64,000 nucleotides of DNA from an uncultured Acidobacteriota bacterium (GCA_963736455.1 CAVTON010000002.1:1112620-1176619), one strand, 5' to 3'. Shown: positions 20,457-30,425, counted from the first letter of the stretch. The notes: generated by a model from the letters alone, not told the origin. Numbers and translations: made by a program.

Positions 20457-21479
20457 GTGAAAGCCGTGCGCATGGACGCCGCGGGAGACGTCGCGGTCGT
20501 GGAGGTGCCCGATCCGGAGATCGGACCGGGCGAGGCGCTCCTCGCGACGGCGGTCTCGGGAATCTGCGGTTCGGATCTCCTCGACTGGTACGTTCGGGGC
20601 AAGGCCGGCTCGATCCTCGGCCACGAGATCTCCGGCCGCATCCTTCGCGTCGGAGAAGGCGTCACCGACTTCGAGCCGGGAGACCGGGTCGTCCCGCATC
20701 ATCACGCGCCCTGCTTCGCCTGCCGCGAATGCGAGGCGGGCCAGTACGTCCACTGCGCCGGGTGGCGGGCGTCGCGGCTCGATCCGGGCGGGATGGCCGA
20801 GCTCGTCCGGATCCCCGCGGGCAACCTCGCGGTGGACACCCTCCGGATTCCGGATCGGATCACCGATGAGGAGGCGAGCTTCACCGAGCCCCTCGCGACC
20901 GTGGTCAAGGCGTTTCGGCGAGGCCGGTTCGCCGCGGGGCGGTCGTTTTTCTGCGTCGGCCTCGGCACGGCCGGTCAACTCGCCGTGCGGCTCGCGCGGG
21001 CCGCCGGGGCCTCGGCGATCGGCGCGGCGGATCTCGCCGCCTCGCGGCGGGCTCTCGCCCTCGGGAGCGGGGCCGACGAGGTCGTGGAGGCCGGAAGCGA
21101 GCCGCTGGGGGCCGGGGCGAAGCGGATCTCGGAGGGCCGGGGTTTCGATTTCGTCTTCGTCTGCCCGGGCAAGCCCGAGGTGATCCGTCAGGCCGTCGAG
21201 GCCGTCGCGCCGGGGGGCACCCTTCTCCTCTTCACGATGGCGGCACCCGGTGAGGCCTGGGATGCCGACCTGAACTCTCTCTACTTTCGTGAGGTCGCGG
21301 TCGTGCCGTCGTACTCCTGCGGCCCGGACGACACGCGCGAGGCGCTCGACGCCATCGCGAGCCGCCGCGTACGGGTCGACGACCTCGTGTCGCATCGGTT
21401 CGGGATCGCCGAGGCGCCCGAGGCCTTCGCCCGCGCCCGCAACGCCGAGGGCTCGATGAAGGTCGTGATCACGTTTTGA
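20457..21479 (+). CDS. Zn-dependent alcohol dehydrogenase family (threonine/sorbitol dehydrogenase-like)
   Basis: GTG start. SGICGSDL...GHEISGRIL...CFACRECEAGQYVHC. GATAAT -10-like at 20441. Confidence 0.75.
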   Translation: MKAVRMDAAGDVAVVEVPDPEIGPGEALLATAVSGICGSDLLDWYVRGKAGSILGHEISGRILRVGEGVTDFEPGDRVVPHHHAPCFACRECEAGQYVHCAGWRASRLDPGGMAELVRIPAGNLAVDTLRIPDRITDEEASFTEPLATVVKAFRRGRFAAGRSFFCVGLGTAGQLAVRLARAAGASAIGAADLAASRRALALGSGADEVVEAGSEPLGAGAKRISEGRGFDFVFVCPGKPEVIRQAVEAVAPGGTLLLFTMAAPGEAWDADLNSLYFREVAVVPSYSCGPDDTREALDAIASRRVRVDDLVSHRFGIAEAPEAFARARNAEGSMKVVITF

Positions 21480-22207
21480 AGTCGAGGCTCGACGCACTCC
21501 TCGTTCTCCGGGGACTCGCGCCGACGCGCGCGAAGGCGCAGGCCCTCATTCTCGCCGGCCTCGTCGAGGTCGGCGGGAAGCCGGCGGGGAAGGCGGGCGA
21601 CACGTACGAGGCCGACGTGGCCCTCGCGGTCGCGGGGCCGGCTCATCCGTACGTCTCGCGCGGCGGCGTCAAGCTCGCGGCGGCGCTCGACGGCTTCGGG
21701 ATCGATCCCTCGGGCCGCACCTGCCTCGACGTGGGAGCCTCGACGGGCGGCTTCACGGACTGCCTTCTCCAGAAAGCGGCCTCGCGCGTCTATGCCGTCG
21801 ACGTCGGCTACGGACAGCTCGACGCCCGGCTCCGGACGGACCCGCGCGTCGTCGTTCGCGAGAAGGTCAACGCGCGATCGCTCTCGGCCGCGGAGGTTCC
21901 GGAACGAGTGTCGCTCGCGGTCGTCGACGTCTCGTTCATCTCCCTGCGCCTCATCCTGCCGGCGGTCGTTCCGCTGGTCGAGAAGGGCGGCGACGTCGTC
22001 GTCCTCGTCAAGCCCCAGTTCGAAGCGGGAAGGGGCGAGGTTCCGAAGGGCGGCGTCGTGCGCTCCGAGCAAACCCGCCGACGCGTGGTCGAGGAGATCG
22101 CGGAGGCGGGCCGCGCGCTCGGCCTCGAGGTCCGGGGCGTGCTCTCGTCGCCGATCCGCGGGGCGCGGGGCAACGAGGAGTTTCTGCTCGGATTTCATGT
22201 AAATTGA
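21476..22207 (+). CDS. tlyA: TlyA-family rRNA (cytidine-2'-O)-methyltransferase
   Basis: TTG start overlapping the ADH stop. S4 domain, then DVGASTGGFTDCLLQ and the FtsJ fold. Confidence 0.85.
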   Translation: MKSRLDALLVLRGLAPTRAKAQALILAGLVEVGGKPAGKAGDTYEADVALAVAGPAHPYVSRGGVKLAAALDGFGIDPSGRTCLDVGASTGGFTDCLLQKAASRVYAVDVGYGQLDARLRTDPRVVVREKVNARSLSAAEVPERVSLAVVDVSFISLRLILPAVVPLVEKGGDVVVLVKPQFEAGRGEVPKGGVVRSEQTRRRVVEEIAEAGRALGLEVRGVLSSPIRGARGNEEFLLGFHVN

Positions 22208-22212
22208 GCGGG

Positions 22213-23097
22213 ATGAAGGGGTCGCGCGCGCCGGCGCTACGGTTTCGGTGTGTCGGGATCGTCTCGAAGATCGGGTCGACGGCGGCCGGGGAGCTGGCGG
22301 CGCTGCTCGAGAAGGCGCTGCGCCGGCGCGGCCGCCGGGTGGTTCTCGACTCCGAGACGGCGGCCCACCTCGGCCGGCCCGACGGCGTGGTCCGTTCCCA
22401 GATTGCCAACGAGAGCGATCTCGTCTTCGTGCTCGGCGGCGACGGAACCCTTCTCTCGGTCGCTCGCGGCGCGCCCCCCGGCACGCCGCTGATCGGCATC
22501 AACCTCGGAACGCTCGGATTCCTGTCGGGGCTGACGCGGAAAGAAGTGCTCGACCGTCTCGACGACGTGCTCGCCGGGAAGTTCCGCGAGGACAAGCGCG
22601 GCCGCATGGACGTTTCCATCTCGCGAGGACCGCACCACGGCAAGTACCGGGTTCTGAACGACGCCGTCCTGAACCGGGAGGCGCTCGCGCGCATCTCCAC
22701 GTTCACGGTCGCGCTCGACGGTCACCCGGTCTCGGAGTTCCGCGCCGACGGCGTGATCGTGTCGACGCCGACCGGCTCCACGGCCTACAACCTCTCGGCC
22801 GGCGGGCCGATCCTTCATCCGGCGGTGCCCGCGATCGTGATCACGCCCATCTGTCCGCATACGCTCGGGCAGCGCCCGCTCGTGGTGCCGGACACGACGC
22901 GCATCCGCATTCGAGTCCTGGGCCCGGAGCGCCGCGACGGCGGCGTCTATCTCACCCTCGACGGCCAGGAAGGGTTCCCCGTGCTCGCGGGAAGCCCGAT
23001 CGACGTCCGCTCGAGCGGGTCGTCCGTGACACTCCTGCGCCCCGCGGAGTCGGACCACTTCGACCAGCTCGCGGGCAAGCTCTCCTGGGGCATCTAG
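22213..23097 (+). CDS. nadK: NAD(+) kinase
   Basis: GGDGTLL motif, NDAVLNRE, DGVIVSTPTGSTAYNLSAGGP. ATG 22213 is preferred; the track starts at TTG 22204. Confidence 0.85.
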   Translation: MKGSRAPALRFRCVGIVSKIGSTAAGELAALLEKALRRRGRRVVLDSETAAHLGRPDGVVRSQIANESDLVFVLGGDGTLLSVARGAPPGTPLIGINLGTLGFLSGLTRKEVLDRLDDVLAGKFREDKRGRMDVSISRGPHHGKYRVLNDAVLNREALARISTFTVALDGHPVSEFRADGVIVSTPTGSTAYNLSAGGPILHPAVPAIVITPICPHTLGQRPLVVPDTTRIRIRVLGPERRDGGVYLTLDGQEGFPVLAGSPIDVRSSGSSVTLLRPAESDHFDQLAGKLSWGI

Positions 23098-23349
23098 CAG
23101 GGTGCTGAAAAAGGGTGTGGGATGGCGTTACGAGCGCCGTGGGGTCAGATGCAAGGAAGCGCGACGACGGCGATGCGAGAGCATCGTCGAGGAGGGATGA
23201 CGCCGCAGATGGGCCCGCGCCGCCGTAACCCGAAGGGTGGCCGGCACTCTGCCGGCGGCCGGTCCAACGCGATGGAGCCTCGAGTCGCCACATCTGGGAA
23301 CGGGCGCCGGATGCAACGTGCCGGCCACGACGCCCGCATCCATTTTTCG

Positions 23350-23362
23350 GCAGCCTGCTAGA
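23350..23362 (+). promoter_or_regulatory. GCAGCCTGCTAGA motif (extended -10-like TGcTAGAG) upstream of tamB
   Basis: Exact 13-mer shared with 30405-30417, preceded by a T-run. It lies 13 nt before ATG 23375 with no SD in between. Confidence 0.3.
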
Positions 23363-23374
23363 GCCTCCGATCGC

Positions 23375-26300
23375 ATGGCGGGCGACGACACACGCGACGG
23401 CCGGAGGAGCGAGCCCCACGACGCGCAGCGGCTTTCGACCTCGCGCCTCTTCCTGATCGTCGTCGTCTTCCTGGCGCTCGCCGCGTACGCCATCTGGAAC
23501 TCCGACCGCTTTCAGTCGCTCATTCAGGGCGTTTCGCAGCAGCGTCTCTCCGATCTGCTCCAGCGGCCGGTGAGCTTTCGCAGGGTCGACTTCCAGATTT
23601 TTCCCCCGTCCGTGCACCTGGCCGACGTGCGGGTCGGCAACGACCCCCGGATCTCCGGGGGGCCGCTGCTCGAGGCGGAGGAGCTCACGATCGGCGGGGG
23701 CCTGTCGGTCACGGGAGGGGAGCTGCGCCTGGGCCGGGTGCGGGCCGTCCGCCCCACGATCGCGCTCGTTCAGTTCCCCGACGGCTCGTGGAACCTTCCT
23801 CCCGGCCTGTCGCGCCCCGCCGGCCGAGGAGGGCTCTCCGTGCGAATCGGCGAGCTCGTCGTCCAGAACGGAGTCTTCGAATACGAGGGCCGGCGCACCG
23901 GCCTCGACGGCCGCCTCGAGGGCTTCGCGGCGGAGCTCGCCTCTCAGCCGCACGACCGGTATCGCGGGACCTTCGCATGCCAGCGCGCCACCCTGCGCCT
24001 GCCCCACGACGAGCCTCTCGTCTTCGGCCTGGACCTCGCCTTCCGCCTCTCGCCGGCGTCGGGCCTCCAGGTCGAGTCGCTTCGCGTCGATGGAGACTTC
24101 GGCGAGCTGCGGGCCTCCGGTTCGGTCGAGAACCTCAAGGATCCGGCGCTTCGGATGCGGGTCTCGGCGGATCTTCACGTCGCCGAGGTCGAGCGGATCT
24201 TTCATTCGGGGCTGGGTTTTGCGGGCGACGCCGCGCTCGAGGCCGAGCTCGCCATTCCGCCGTCGGGCTCGTTTCGCATGACGGGGCACCTCTCGGTGCC
24301 GAAGCTTTCGGCCGGCCAGTTTCCGATCGAGGACTTCGCCGCTACGGTCCTCGCGCGGCCGGAGGCCCTGGTCGCGCACATCGAGAAGGGCCGGTACGCG
24401 GGCGGCGACCTGACCGGCGTGTATCGGATCGAAAGCCTGGCGGGAGGCGCGGGACCGCAACCGATGACGCTCGCGCTCGACGGCAAGGGGATCTCGATCG
24501 AGCGCTTCTTCGCCGACATCCATCTGCCGGGAACCGGTCTCTCCGGATCAGCGGCGATGTCGGCGACGCTGCGCTGGACGGAGGGAGGCATCGCACACGC
24601 GAGCGGCGCGGCTCGGCTCGCGATCGCTCCGGGCCCCGCGGCCTCGATCGTCCGCGGGAGGTTCGGAATCCCGATCGGGGGCGGAGGGAACCTGCCCATC
24701 GTGGACGGGCGCATCGGGTTCGAAGCGGCGCAGTTCCGCTTTCCGGCGTCGACCCTCGAGACGACCGGGGGGCTGCGGATCGGCCAGTGGCTTCCCGATT
24801 TCGACTTCATCCTGCGCTCGCGCGACCTGGCGGAGCTCGATCGCATCTTCCAGAACTTCGTGGCGGCCTCGGGCGGCTCGCCCACTCCCCTGGGTTTCGG
24901 CGGCAGCGGAGAGGTCGAGGGACACATCGCGAAGTCGTGGGGCGATCCCGAGGTGACGGCCCGGGTCACGGCGGAGAACGCCCGGTACGGCGGCGTCTTC
25001 TTCGGGAGCGTTCGCGGCGCGACGGACATGCACGACGGCGCGTTCGTGTTTCACCCGCTCCGGGTCTACGACGGCAGCGCGACGCTCTCTCTGGAAGGGA
25101 CCGCCCGGTACCGCCGCGACCCGAAGCGGCCGACCCTCGACTTCGTTCTCACGGCCAAGGACTACCCGGTCACCCGGATGCTCGAGTACCTCGACCTGCA
25201 CTATCCGATCGAGGGCCGGCTGACGGGCAGCTTTCCGCTCGTGGGCAGCCCGCCCGATTCGGTCTCGGGCTCGGGAGCCGCGGCCCTCGACGATGCCGTC
25301 CTCTGGGGACAGAAGGTGCCCCGCCTGACAGGGAGGATGGCCCTGACGCCGGGGCACTTCTCGCTCGACGACATCCGGGCGGAGCTCGGCGGGGGCGGCC
25401 TCGGGGGCCGCATCGCGATCGCCTACAGGGACAAGACCTTCGAGGCTCGCGCGGCCGGGGACGGCGTGCCGGTTCAGTCCCTCGACGCCCTCGGCCGGTT
25501 CGGAGAGGAAATTTCCGGAAAGCTCTCCTTCGAGATCTCCGGATCCGGGACCTTCCGCCGGCCGGATCTGACGGCCTCCGCCACTCTCTCGGGGGCCACG
25601 TTCTTCGGGCACGCCATCCCGGAAGAGCTGTCGCCGCGACTGGCTCTGAAGGTGACGCATGGCGACGTGGAGGCGACCGCCTCGGTGCCGGGCCATGCGA
25701 CGCTGACGGTGAAGGGCGACGCGGGTGCGACGCCCGTCGTGTTGGACGTGGCCCTCGACGCTCCCGACCTGGCGGCCCTCCTGCGGTTCACGCCCGTCTC
25801 GCTGCCCGCCGCCGACGGGGGAGCTCTCGCCGCACACGGCAGAGTGAGGCTCCCGTCATCCGAGGGCGAGCAGCCGTCCGGGCAGTTCTCGATCACGTCG
25901 CTGCGCCTCGACGCCGGCGACCGGAAAGGCATCGTCGCGACCGACGGCGACGTCTCCCTGTCCGTCGCGGGCGGCCGCGTCACCATGGGCGATCTCCACG
26001 CGGTCGGACAGGGCGTGGACGTGCGCCTGCGGGGGTCGCTGGACACATCCGGCGAGAAGCCCACCCTCGAAGGCAAGGCCACCGGCACGGCCGATGCGTC
26101 GGTCCTCGCACTCGTGGCGCCGGACCTCGGCCTCGGAGGGCGCTTCGTCGTGGATCTTTCGGCGTCCGGCCCGGTTTCGTCGCCGAGCTTCAGCGGCACG
26201 GTCCGGATCGAGGACGGCCGCTACCGCGTCGCCGGATATTCCTTCGAGGAGATCGAGGGCTCGGTGCGGATGCTCGGCTCCGCGGGGGAGATCGAGGGAC

Positions 26301-27334
26301 TGCGCGCCAAGGTGGCCGACGGCGAGGCGTTCCTGGCCGGGAGCTTCCGGCTCGAGGGAGCCTCGCTGAAGGAGTTCCGGCTGACCGCTCAGGGCCGCCG
26401 GATCGGCGTGCGTGCGATCCCGGCGCTCCATCTGACGGTGGATGCGGACCTCGTCGCCACCGGAAACGAAACCGGCAATCAGCTCCGGGGCGAGATCACG
26501 CTGCTGCGAGGCACCTACTCGAAGGACGTCGAGGTCACCCTCTCGGACCTGATCGAGCGCAGCCGCCCGACGGGCGTGATCGCCGTCCGGGATCCCTGGA
26601 TGGAGCGGACCACCCTCGACGTGCGCATCGTCTCGGCGGCGGCGCTCGAAATCCGCAACAACCTCGCGCGCCTCTCGGGCACCGTGGACCTGCGCGCCCG
26701 CGGCACGCTGGCCGATCCGGCCCTGCTCGGACAGGTCATTCTGGACGAGGGCGGCCGCGTCGTTTTCAGCGACATCCGTTACGAGATCGAGGCGGGCACG
26801 CTGACGTTCTCGAACGTGTCGCGGATCGCGCCGTTCATCGACGTGCGCGCCCGTGCGGAAGTCAAGGGCTACAACCTCGTGGTCCTGCTCGCGGGGACGT
26901 GGCCGCGCATCACGGCCAACTTCACCTCCGATCCGCCGCTCGCCAACGACGCGATCCTCGGGCTGCTCCTCTCCGGATCTCCGCCCGACACGCGCAACCC
27001 GACCGATACCGCCAACCAGCTCGTCTCGGCCGCCGGGGGAGCCGTCGCCGGCGCGGTGACGGGCGGCCTGCGCGAGCAGACGCGGCGGCTCTTCAAGCTC
27101 GACCGATTCCAGATCGACCCGGTCTTCACCGGCAGCCAGATCACGACCGTGCGCTCCACGATCGGCAAGCAGATCACCCAGGACCTCTCGGTCACGTCCT
27201 CGATCGCCCTCGATTCGAGCAAGGAGCCGATCGTCCGCGTCGAGTGGCAGGCGACCAACGACATCCTCGTGCAGTTGATCCGGGACGAGAACGGCATCCT
27301 CTCGATCAGCGTGCGGCGGCGCCAACGCCTGTGA
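23375..27334 (+). CDS. tamB: Translocation and assembly module subunit TamB (AsmA-like/DUF490)
   Basis: N-terminal TM anchor LFLIVVVFLALAAYAIW, a long beta-rich repetitive body, and a C-terminal DUF490-like segment. Confidence 0.8.
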   Translation: MAGDDTRDGRRSEPHDAQRLSTSRLFLIVVVFLALAAYAIWNSDRFQSLIQGVSQQRLSDLLQRPVSFRRVDFQIFPPSVHLADVRVGNDPRISGGPLLEAEELTIGGGLSVTGGELRLGRVRAVRPTIALVQFPDGSWNLPPGLSRPAGRGGLSVRIGELVVQNGVFEYEGRRTGLDGRLEGFAAELASQPHDRYRGTFACQRATLRLPHDEPLVFGLDLAFRLSPASGLQVESLRVDGDFGELRASGSVENLKDPALRMRVSADLHVAEVERIFHSGLGFAGDAALEAELAIPPSGSFRMTGHLSVPKLSAGQFPIEDFAATVLARPEALVAHIEKGRYAGGDLTGVYRIESLAGGAGPQPMTLALDGKGISIERFFADIHLPGTGLSGSAAMSATLRWTEGGIAHASGAARLAIAPGPAASIVRGRFGIPIGGGGNLPIVDGRIGFEAAQFRFPASTLETTGGLRIGQWLPDFDFILRSRDLAELDRIFQNFVAASGGSPTPLGFGGSGEVEGHIAKSWGDPEVTARVTAENARYGGVFFGSVRGATDMHDGAFVFHPLRVYDGSATLSLEGTARYRRDPKRPTLDFVLTAKDYPVTRMLEYLDLHYPIEGRLTGSFPLVGSPPDSVSGSGAAALDDAVLWGQKVPRLTGRMALTPGHFSLDDIRAELGGGGLGGRIAIAYRDKTFEARAAGDGVPVQSLDALGRFGEEISGKLSFEISGSGTFRRPDLTASATLSGATFFGHAIPEELSPRLALKVTHGDVEATASVPGHATLTVKGDAGATPVVLDVALDAPDLAALLRFTPVSLPAADGGALAAHGRVRLPSSEGEQPSGQFSITSLRLDAGDRKGIVATDGDVSLSVAGGRVTMGDLHAVGQGVDVRLRGSLDTSGEKPTLEGKATGTADASVLALVAPDLGLGGRFVVDLSASGPVSSPSFSGTVRIEDGRYRVAGYSFEEIEGSVRMLGSAGEIEGLRAKVADGEAFLAGSFRLEGASLKEFRLTAQGRRIGVRAIPALHLTVDADLVATGNETGNQLRGEITLLRGTYSKDVEVTLSDLIERSRPTGVIAVRDPWMERTTLDVRIVSAAALEIRNNLARLSGTVDLRARGTLADPALLGQVILDEGGRVVFSDIRYEIEAGTLTFSNVSRIAPFIDVRARAEVKGYNLVVLLAGTWPRITANFTSDPPLANDAILGLLLSGSPPDTRNPTDTANQLVSAAGGAVAGAVTGGLREQTRRLFKLDRFQIDPVFTGSQITTVRSTIGKQITQDLSVTSSIALDSSKEPIVRVEWQATNDILVQLIRDENGILSISVRRRQRL

Positions 27335-30300
27335 GGCGGGGCGCGGCCGGGCGCGGCTCTCTGGCCGTGGCGCTGCTCGCCGCGGCGCTCTCGGCCCGGG
27401 CCCAGGAGCCCGAGGGCCTGATGGGTCGTCCGATCGAATCCCTCGCCTACACGTGCGACGGGCCGGTCGATGCGCGTCAGGTCGCGAGCCTCGTGGCGCT
27501 CTCCGTCGGCCATGCGCTCACCGAGGACGACACCGGAGCGACGATTCAGAATCTGTTCGCGACGGGTCAGTTCGCCAACGTGCTGGTCGTCGCGAGCGAG
27601 GCGCCTTCGGGCGGCGTCGCCGTGACGATCCACCTCTGGAGGTCGTACCGCGTCGGGGGAATCTCCTTCGAGGGTCGCGCGCACCTCTCGCGCGAGGAGA
27701 TGTGGCGGGCCCTTCCCCTGCGGGATCGCGGGCCGTTTCATGCCGGGGCGCTCGCGGACGGCGCGCGAGCGCTCGAGCGAAAGCTCGCCACGGAGGGCTA
27801 CATCCATGCGCGGGTCGAGCCCGAAGTGAACTTCGACGCGGCGACGTTCACGGCCGCGGTCGTGTACCGGATCGACGCCGGGGTTCCGGCAGTCGTCGCG
27901 CCTCCCGTGTTCGACGGCGAGATCGCGCCCTACACGGAAGAGACGCTGACGAACCGCCTCAGGCTCACGGCCGGGAAGCCGTACCGGGAGACGAAGGCGC
28001 GCGCCGCGGCCGATCGCCTGCGCAAGTTCCTGATGAAGGAGAACCGGTTCCGCGCCTCGGTCGAGCTCATCGCCGCGGAGCCGACGGAGGACGGCTCCGC
28101 GATCCGCCCCGTCTACCGGATCGACGTGGGGCCGGCGTTCGAGATCGACTCGGCGGGAATCGCGCCCAAGCGCGTCCGCAGCGAGTTCCTCGCGCTCCTG
28201 GACGCCCAGAGCCTCGACGAGGACCTGATCGAGCAGTGGGTGGACACCACCCGCGAGGATCTGCAGCGCCGGGGGCGCTATCGGGCGACGGTCGAGGCAA
28301 AGACGGACGGCCGCGATCCCGTGACGCTGCGCGTGGCGGTTCGCGAGGGCCCGAAGTATTCGGTCGAGGCGATCGAGTTTTCGGGTAACGCGTCCGTCTC
28401 CGACAAGACCCTGCGGGATCTCATCGTGACGCGGGAGAGGGGCCTGCCGCTCATCCAGAGCGGCTACCTCATCGATGGAGAGCTCGAGAAGGACGCCGAC
28501 GCGATCCTCGCGTACTACCAGACGCGAGGATGGATTGCGGCGAAGGTGGAGAAGCCGGCGGTCACCGACGACCCGAAGCCGGATCGCCTGGACGTCGGGT
28601 TCCGGATCGTCGAAGGGCCGCGCACGTTCGTCGCGAGCCGCCAGGTCGACGGCGCCGATCACCTCAGCGAGGCCGACCTCGACCAGCTGATCACGACCCG
28701 GGTCGGCGAGCCTTTCAATCCGAGCGCCGCGCGCCTGGATGCGGCCGCCCTGATGACGCGCTACGACAATACCGGCTGGCGGGAGGCGTCTGTGCGTGAC
28801 CACTGGACCCTCTCGCCGGACAAGACGAAGGCCGACGTGGTGTTCACCGTGGACGAGGGAATGCGCACCTTCTTCGGCAAGACGATCATCCGCGGCAATG
28901 CCGTGACCGAGATGAGCCGGATCACGCGCCAGATCGCCTGGAAGGAGGGAGAGCCCTTCTCCGAGGAGAAGATCGCCGACACCCAGCGCAACCTCTCCCG
29001 CGCGGGCGTCTTTCGTTCGATCGAGGTGCGGCCGCAGCCCGCCGATCCGGAAAACCAGGAGCACACCGTGGACGTCGACCTGACCGAGGCGCGGCGCATC
29101 TCGCTGCTCTACGGCGTCGGCTATCAGTACGCTCCCGGAGCCACTGACCCGAACGATCCTTTCGCCACGGCGGGCATCTCCTACCGCAACCTCTTCGGCC
29201 GGATGCAGTCGGCCTCGATCGAGGCGCAATACGCGCCGATCAGCGGGCGCGGCTACCTCGTGGCGAACTTTCTCGAGCCGTACTTCTTCGACACCGAATA
29301 TCCGCTGACCGTCGCGGCGTTCGCGAGCCGCGAGCCCATCCAGGACGTGGACGTCGATCGGATCGGCACTTTCATCGAGTCGGTCCGCCAGTTCGGCCAC
29401 CTCCGCGTGGGGCTGCGGTACTCCTATCAGTACATCGCGCCGAGAAACCCCGAGGACCTGTCGACCATCGTGATCGAAAAGTATCCGCTGTCGGCCTTTC
29501 CGATTCGCCAGTCGGCGATCGGACCGAACTTCCTCTACGACCGCCGCGACGACGTCCTCGATCCGCACGCCGGGTACTACGTGAGCATGGCCGGAGGGTA
29601 CGCCTTTCCGTTCCTGAACGCCGATGCGTGGTACGGGAAGGTTTCGGGCCAGGCGGCGCACTTCTGGAAGATTCCAGGCGGCGTCCTCGGCGCGTCGTTC
29701 CGTGCGGGCGCCATCTATCCCCACAGCGTCACCACGCAGGGCGACACCGTACCGATCGCCGAGAAGTTCTTCGCGGGAGGCTCGTCGACGGCGCGCGGCT
29801 TCGACACGAATCTCGAAGGGATCCCCGGTTCGACGGTGGACTACAACACGCAGGCGACGTATCAACCGAACGGCAACGGATCCTGCGCCCAGACGTATCC
29901 CGGCGCGCCCAACGCGAATCTCTACGACTGCAGCCCCGGCCCTCGCATCATCGGGGGCAACGCCTTCATGTCCTGGGGACTCGAGTACCGCGTTCCGATC
30001 GCCGGAAACTTCGGTGTCTCGATCTTCTACGACCTGGCCCAGGTCTGGGCCACCGCGGCGGACATCAACTTCCACATCGACACGTCGGATCGCGCGGGCA
30101 TCGTTCCGAACGCGAAGTCGGGGCTGCGGCAGTCGATCGGCCTCGGCATCCACTACATGACCCCGATCGGGCCCCTGCGGCTCGAGGTGGGCCGGCCGCT
30201 GCCCGCGCAGACCGTGGATTTCCTCGTCACGCGGACGGTGGATCCCGAGGGCAATCCCTGCACCGAGGGTGATCCGAACCGCGCCGGCTGCCAGCCGCTC

Positions 30301-30360
30301 GCTTCCGGATCGGTCAAGCAGACGGGCCGCATCTTCCTCTCGATCGGGTATCCGTTCTAG
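27331..30360 (+). CDS. tamA: Omp85-family outer-membrane protein assembly factor (TamA/BamA-like, about 1009 aa)
   Basis: GTG overlaps the tamB TGA. Signal peptide, multiple POTRA-like repeats, and a C-terminal Omp85 barrel ending GYPF. Confidence 0.8.
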   Translation: MRRGAAGRGSLAVALLAAALSARAQEPEGLMGRPIESLAYTCDGPVDARQVASLVALSVGHALTEDDTGATIQNLFATGQFANVLVVASEAPSGGVAVTIHLWRSYRVGGISFEGRAHLSREEMWRALPLRDRGPFHAGALADGARALERKLATEGYIHARVEPEVNFDAATFTAAVVYRIDAGVPAVVAPPVFDGEIAPYTEETLTNRLRLTAGKPYRETKARAAADRLRKFLMKENRFRASVELIAAEPTEDGSAIRPVYRIDVGPAFEIDSAGIAPKRVRSEFLALLDAQSLDEDLIEQWVDTTREDLQRRGRYRATVEAKTDGRDPVTLRVAVREGPKYSVEAIEFSGNASVSDKTLRDLIVTRERGLPLIQSGYLIDGELEKDADAILAYYQTRGWIAAKVEKPAVTDDPKPDRLDVGFRIVEGPRTFVASRQVDGADHLSEADLDQLITTRVGEPFNPSAARLDAAALMTRYDNTGWREASVRDHWTLSPDKTKADVVFTVDEGMRTFFGKTIIRGNAVTEMSRITRQIAWKEGEPFSEEKIADTQRNLSRAGVFRSIEVRPQPADPENQEHTVDVDLTEARRISLLYGVGYQYAPGATDPNDPFATAGISYRNLFGRMQSASIEAQYAPISGRGYLVANFLEPYFFDTEYPLTVAAFASREPIQDVDVDRIGTFIESVRQFGHLRVGLRYSYQYIAPRNPEDLSTIVIEKYPLSAFPIRQSAIGPNFLYDRRDDVLDPHAGYYVSMAGGYAFPFLNADAWYGKVSGQAAHFWKIPGGVLGASFRAGAIYPHSVTTQGDTVPIAEKFFAGGSSTARGFDTNLEGIPGSTVDYNTQATYQPNGNGSCAQTYPGAPNANLYDCSPGPRIIGGNAFMSWGLEYRVPIAGNFGVSIFYDLAQVWATAADINFHIDTSDRAGIVPNAKSGLRQSIGLGIHYMTPIGPLRLEVGRPLPAQTVDFLVTRTVDPEGNPCTEGDPNRAGCQPLASGSVKQTGRIFLSIGYPF

Positions 30361-30404
30361 CAAGGGGACCGGCGCCGGTCGCGACGCCGGCGTCCACTTT
30401 TTTT

Positions 30405-30419
30405 GCAGCCTGCTAGAAT
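30405..30419 (+). promoter_or_regulatory. GCAGCCTGCTAGAAT motif (extended -10-like TGcTAGAAT) upstream of fmdB
   Basis: Same 13-mer as upstream of tamB, with a preceding TTTTTTT. The hexamer ends 6 nt before GTG 30426, which implies a leaderless or near-leaderless transcript. Confidence 0.3.
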
Positions 30420-30425
30420 CATCGC

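Noticed and set aside
22204-22212. TTG 22204 as the nadK start (ORF-track start)
   Set aside because: ATG 22213 gives a conventional MKGSRAP... N-terminus, and the TTG lies inside the tlyA stop region. The difference is only three codons, so I kept ATG 22213.
23098-23374. 277-nt nadK-tamB spacer as a riboswitch or sRNA
   Set aside because: Apart from the shared promoter-like 13-mer, I found only short GC palindromes such as CCGGCA-CTC-TGCCGG, and no resemblance to riboswitch cores I can recognise. Most of it is probably promoter or UTR. A weak sRNA possibility remains, but I could not support it.
23788-30360. 2190-aa + strand ORF spanning tamB and tamA in another frame, and similar giant ORFs (2635..5901 -, 14863..18324 - upstream of 15990, 36197..39838 -, 58899..63212 -, 8312..10768 -)
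   Set aside because: These are Arg/Ala/Gly/Pro-rich low-complexity translations typical of 70% GC DNA, where stop codons are rare in all frames. Each overlaps genes with strong family-level signatures. Parts of two of them (58899..63212 and 14863..18324) do coincide with real gene segments, namely the frameshifted permease N-terminus and the NPP gene, and those parts are annotated separately.
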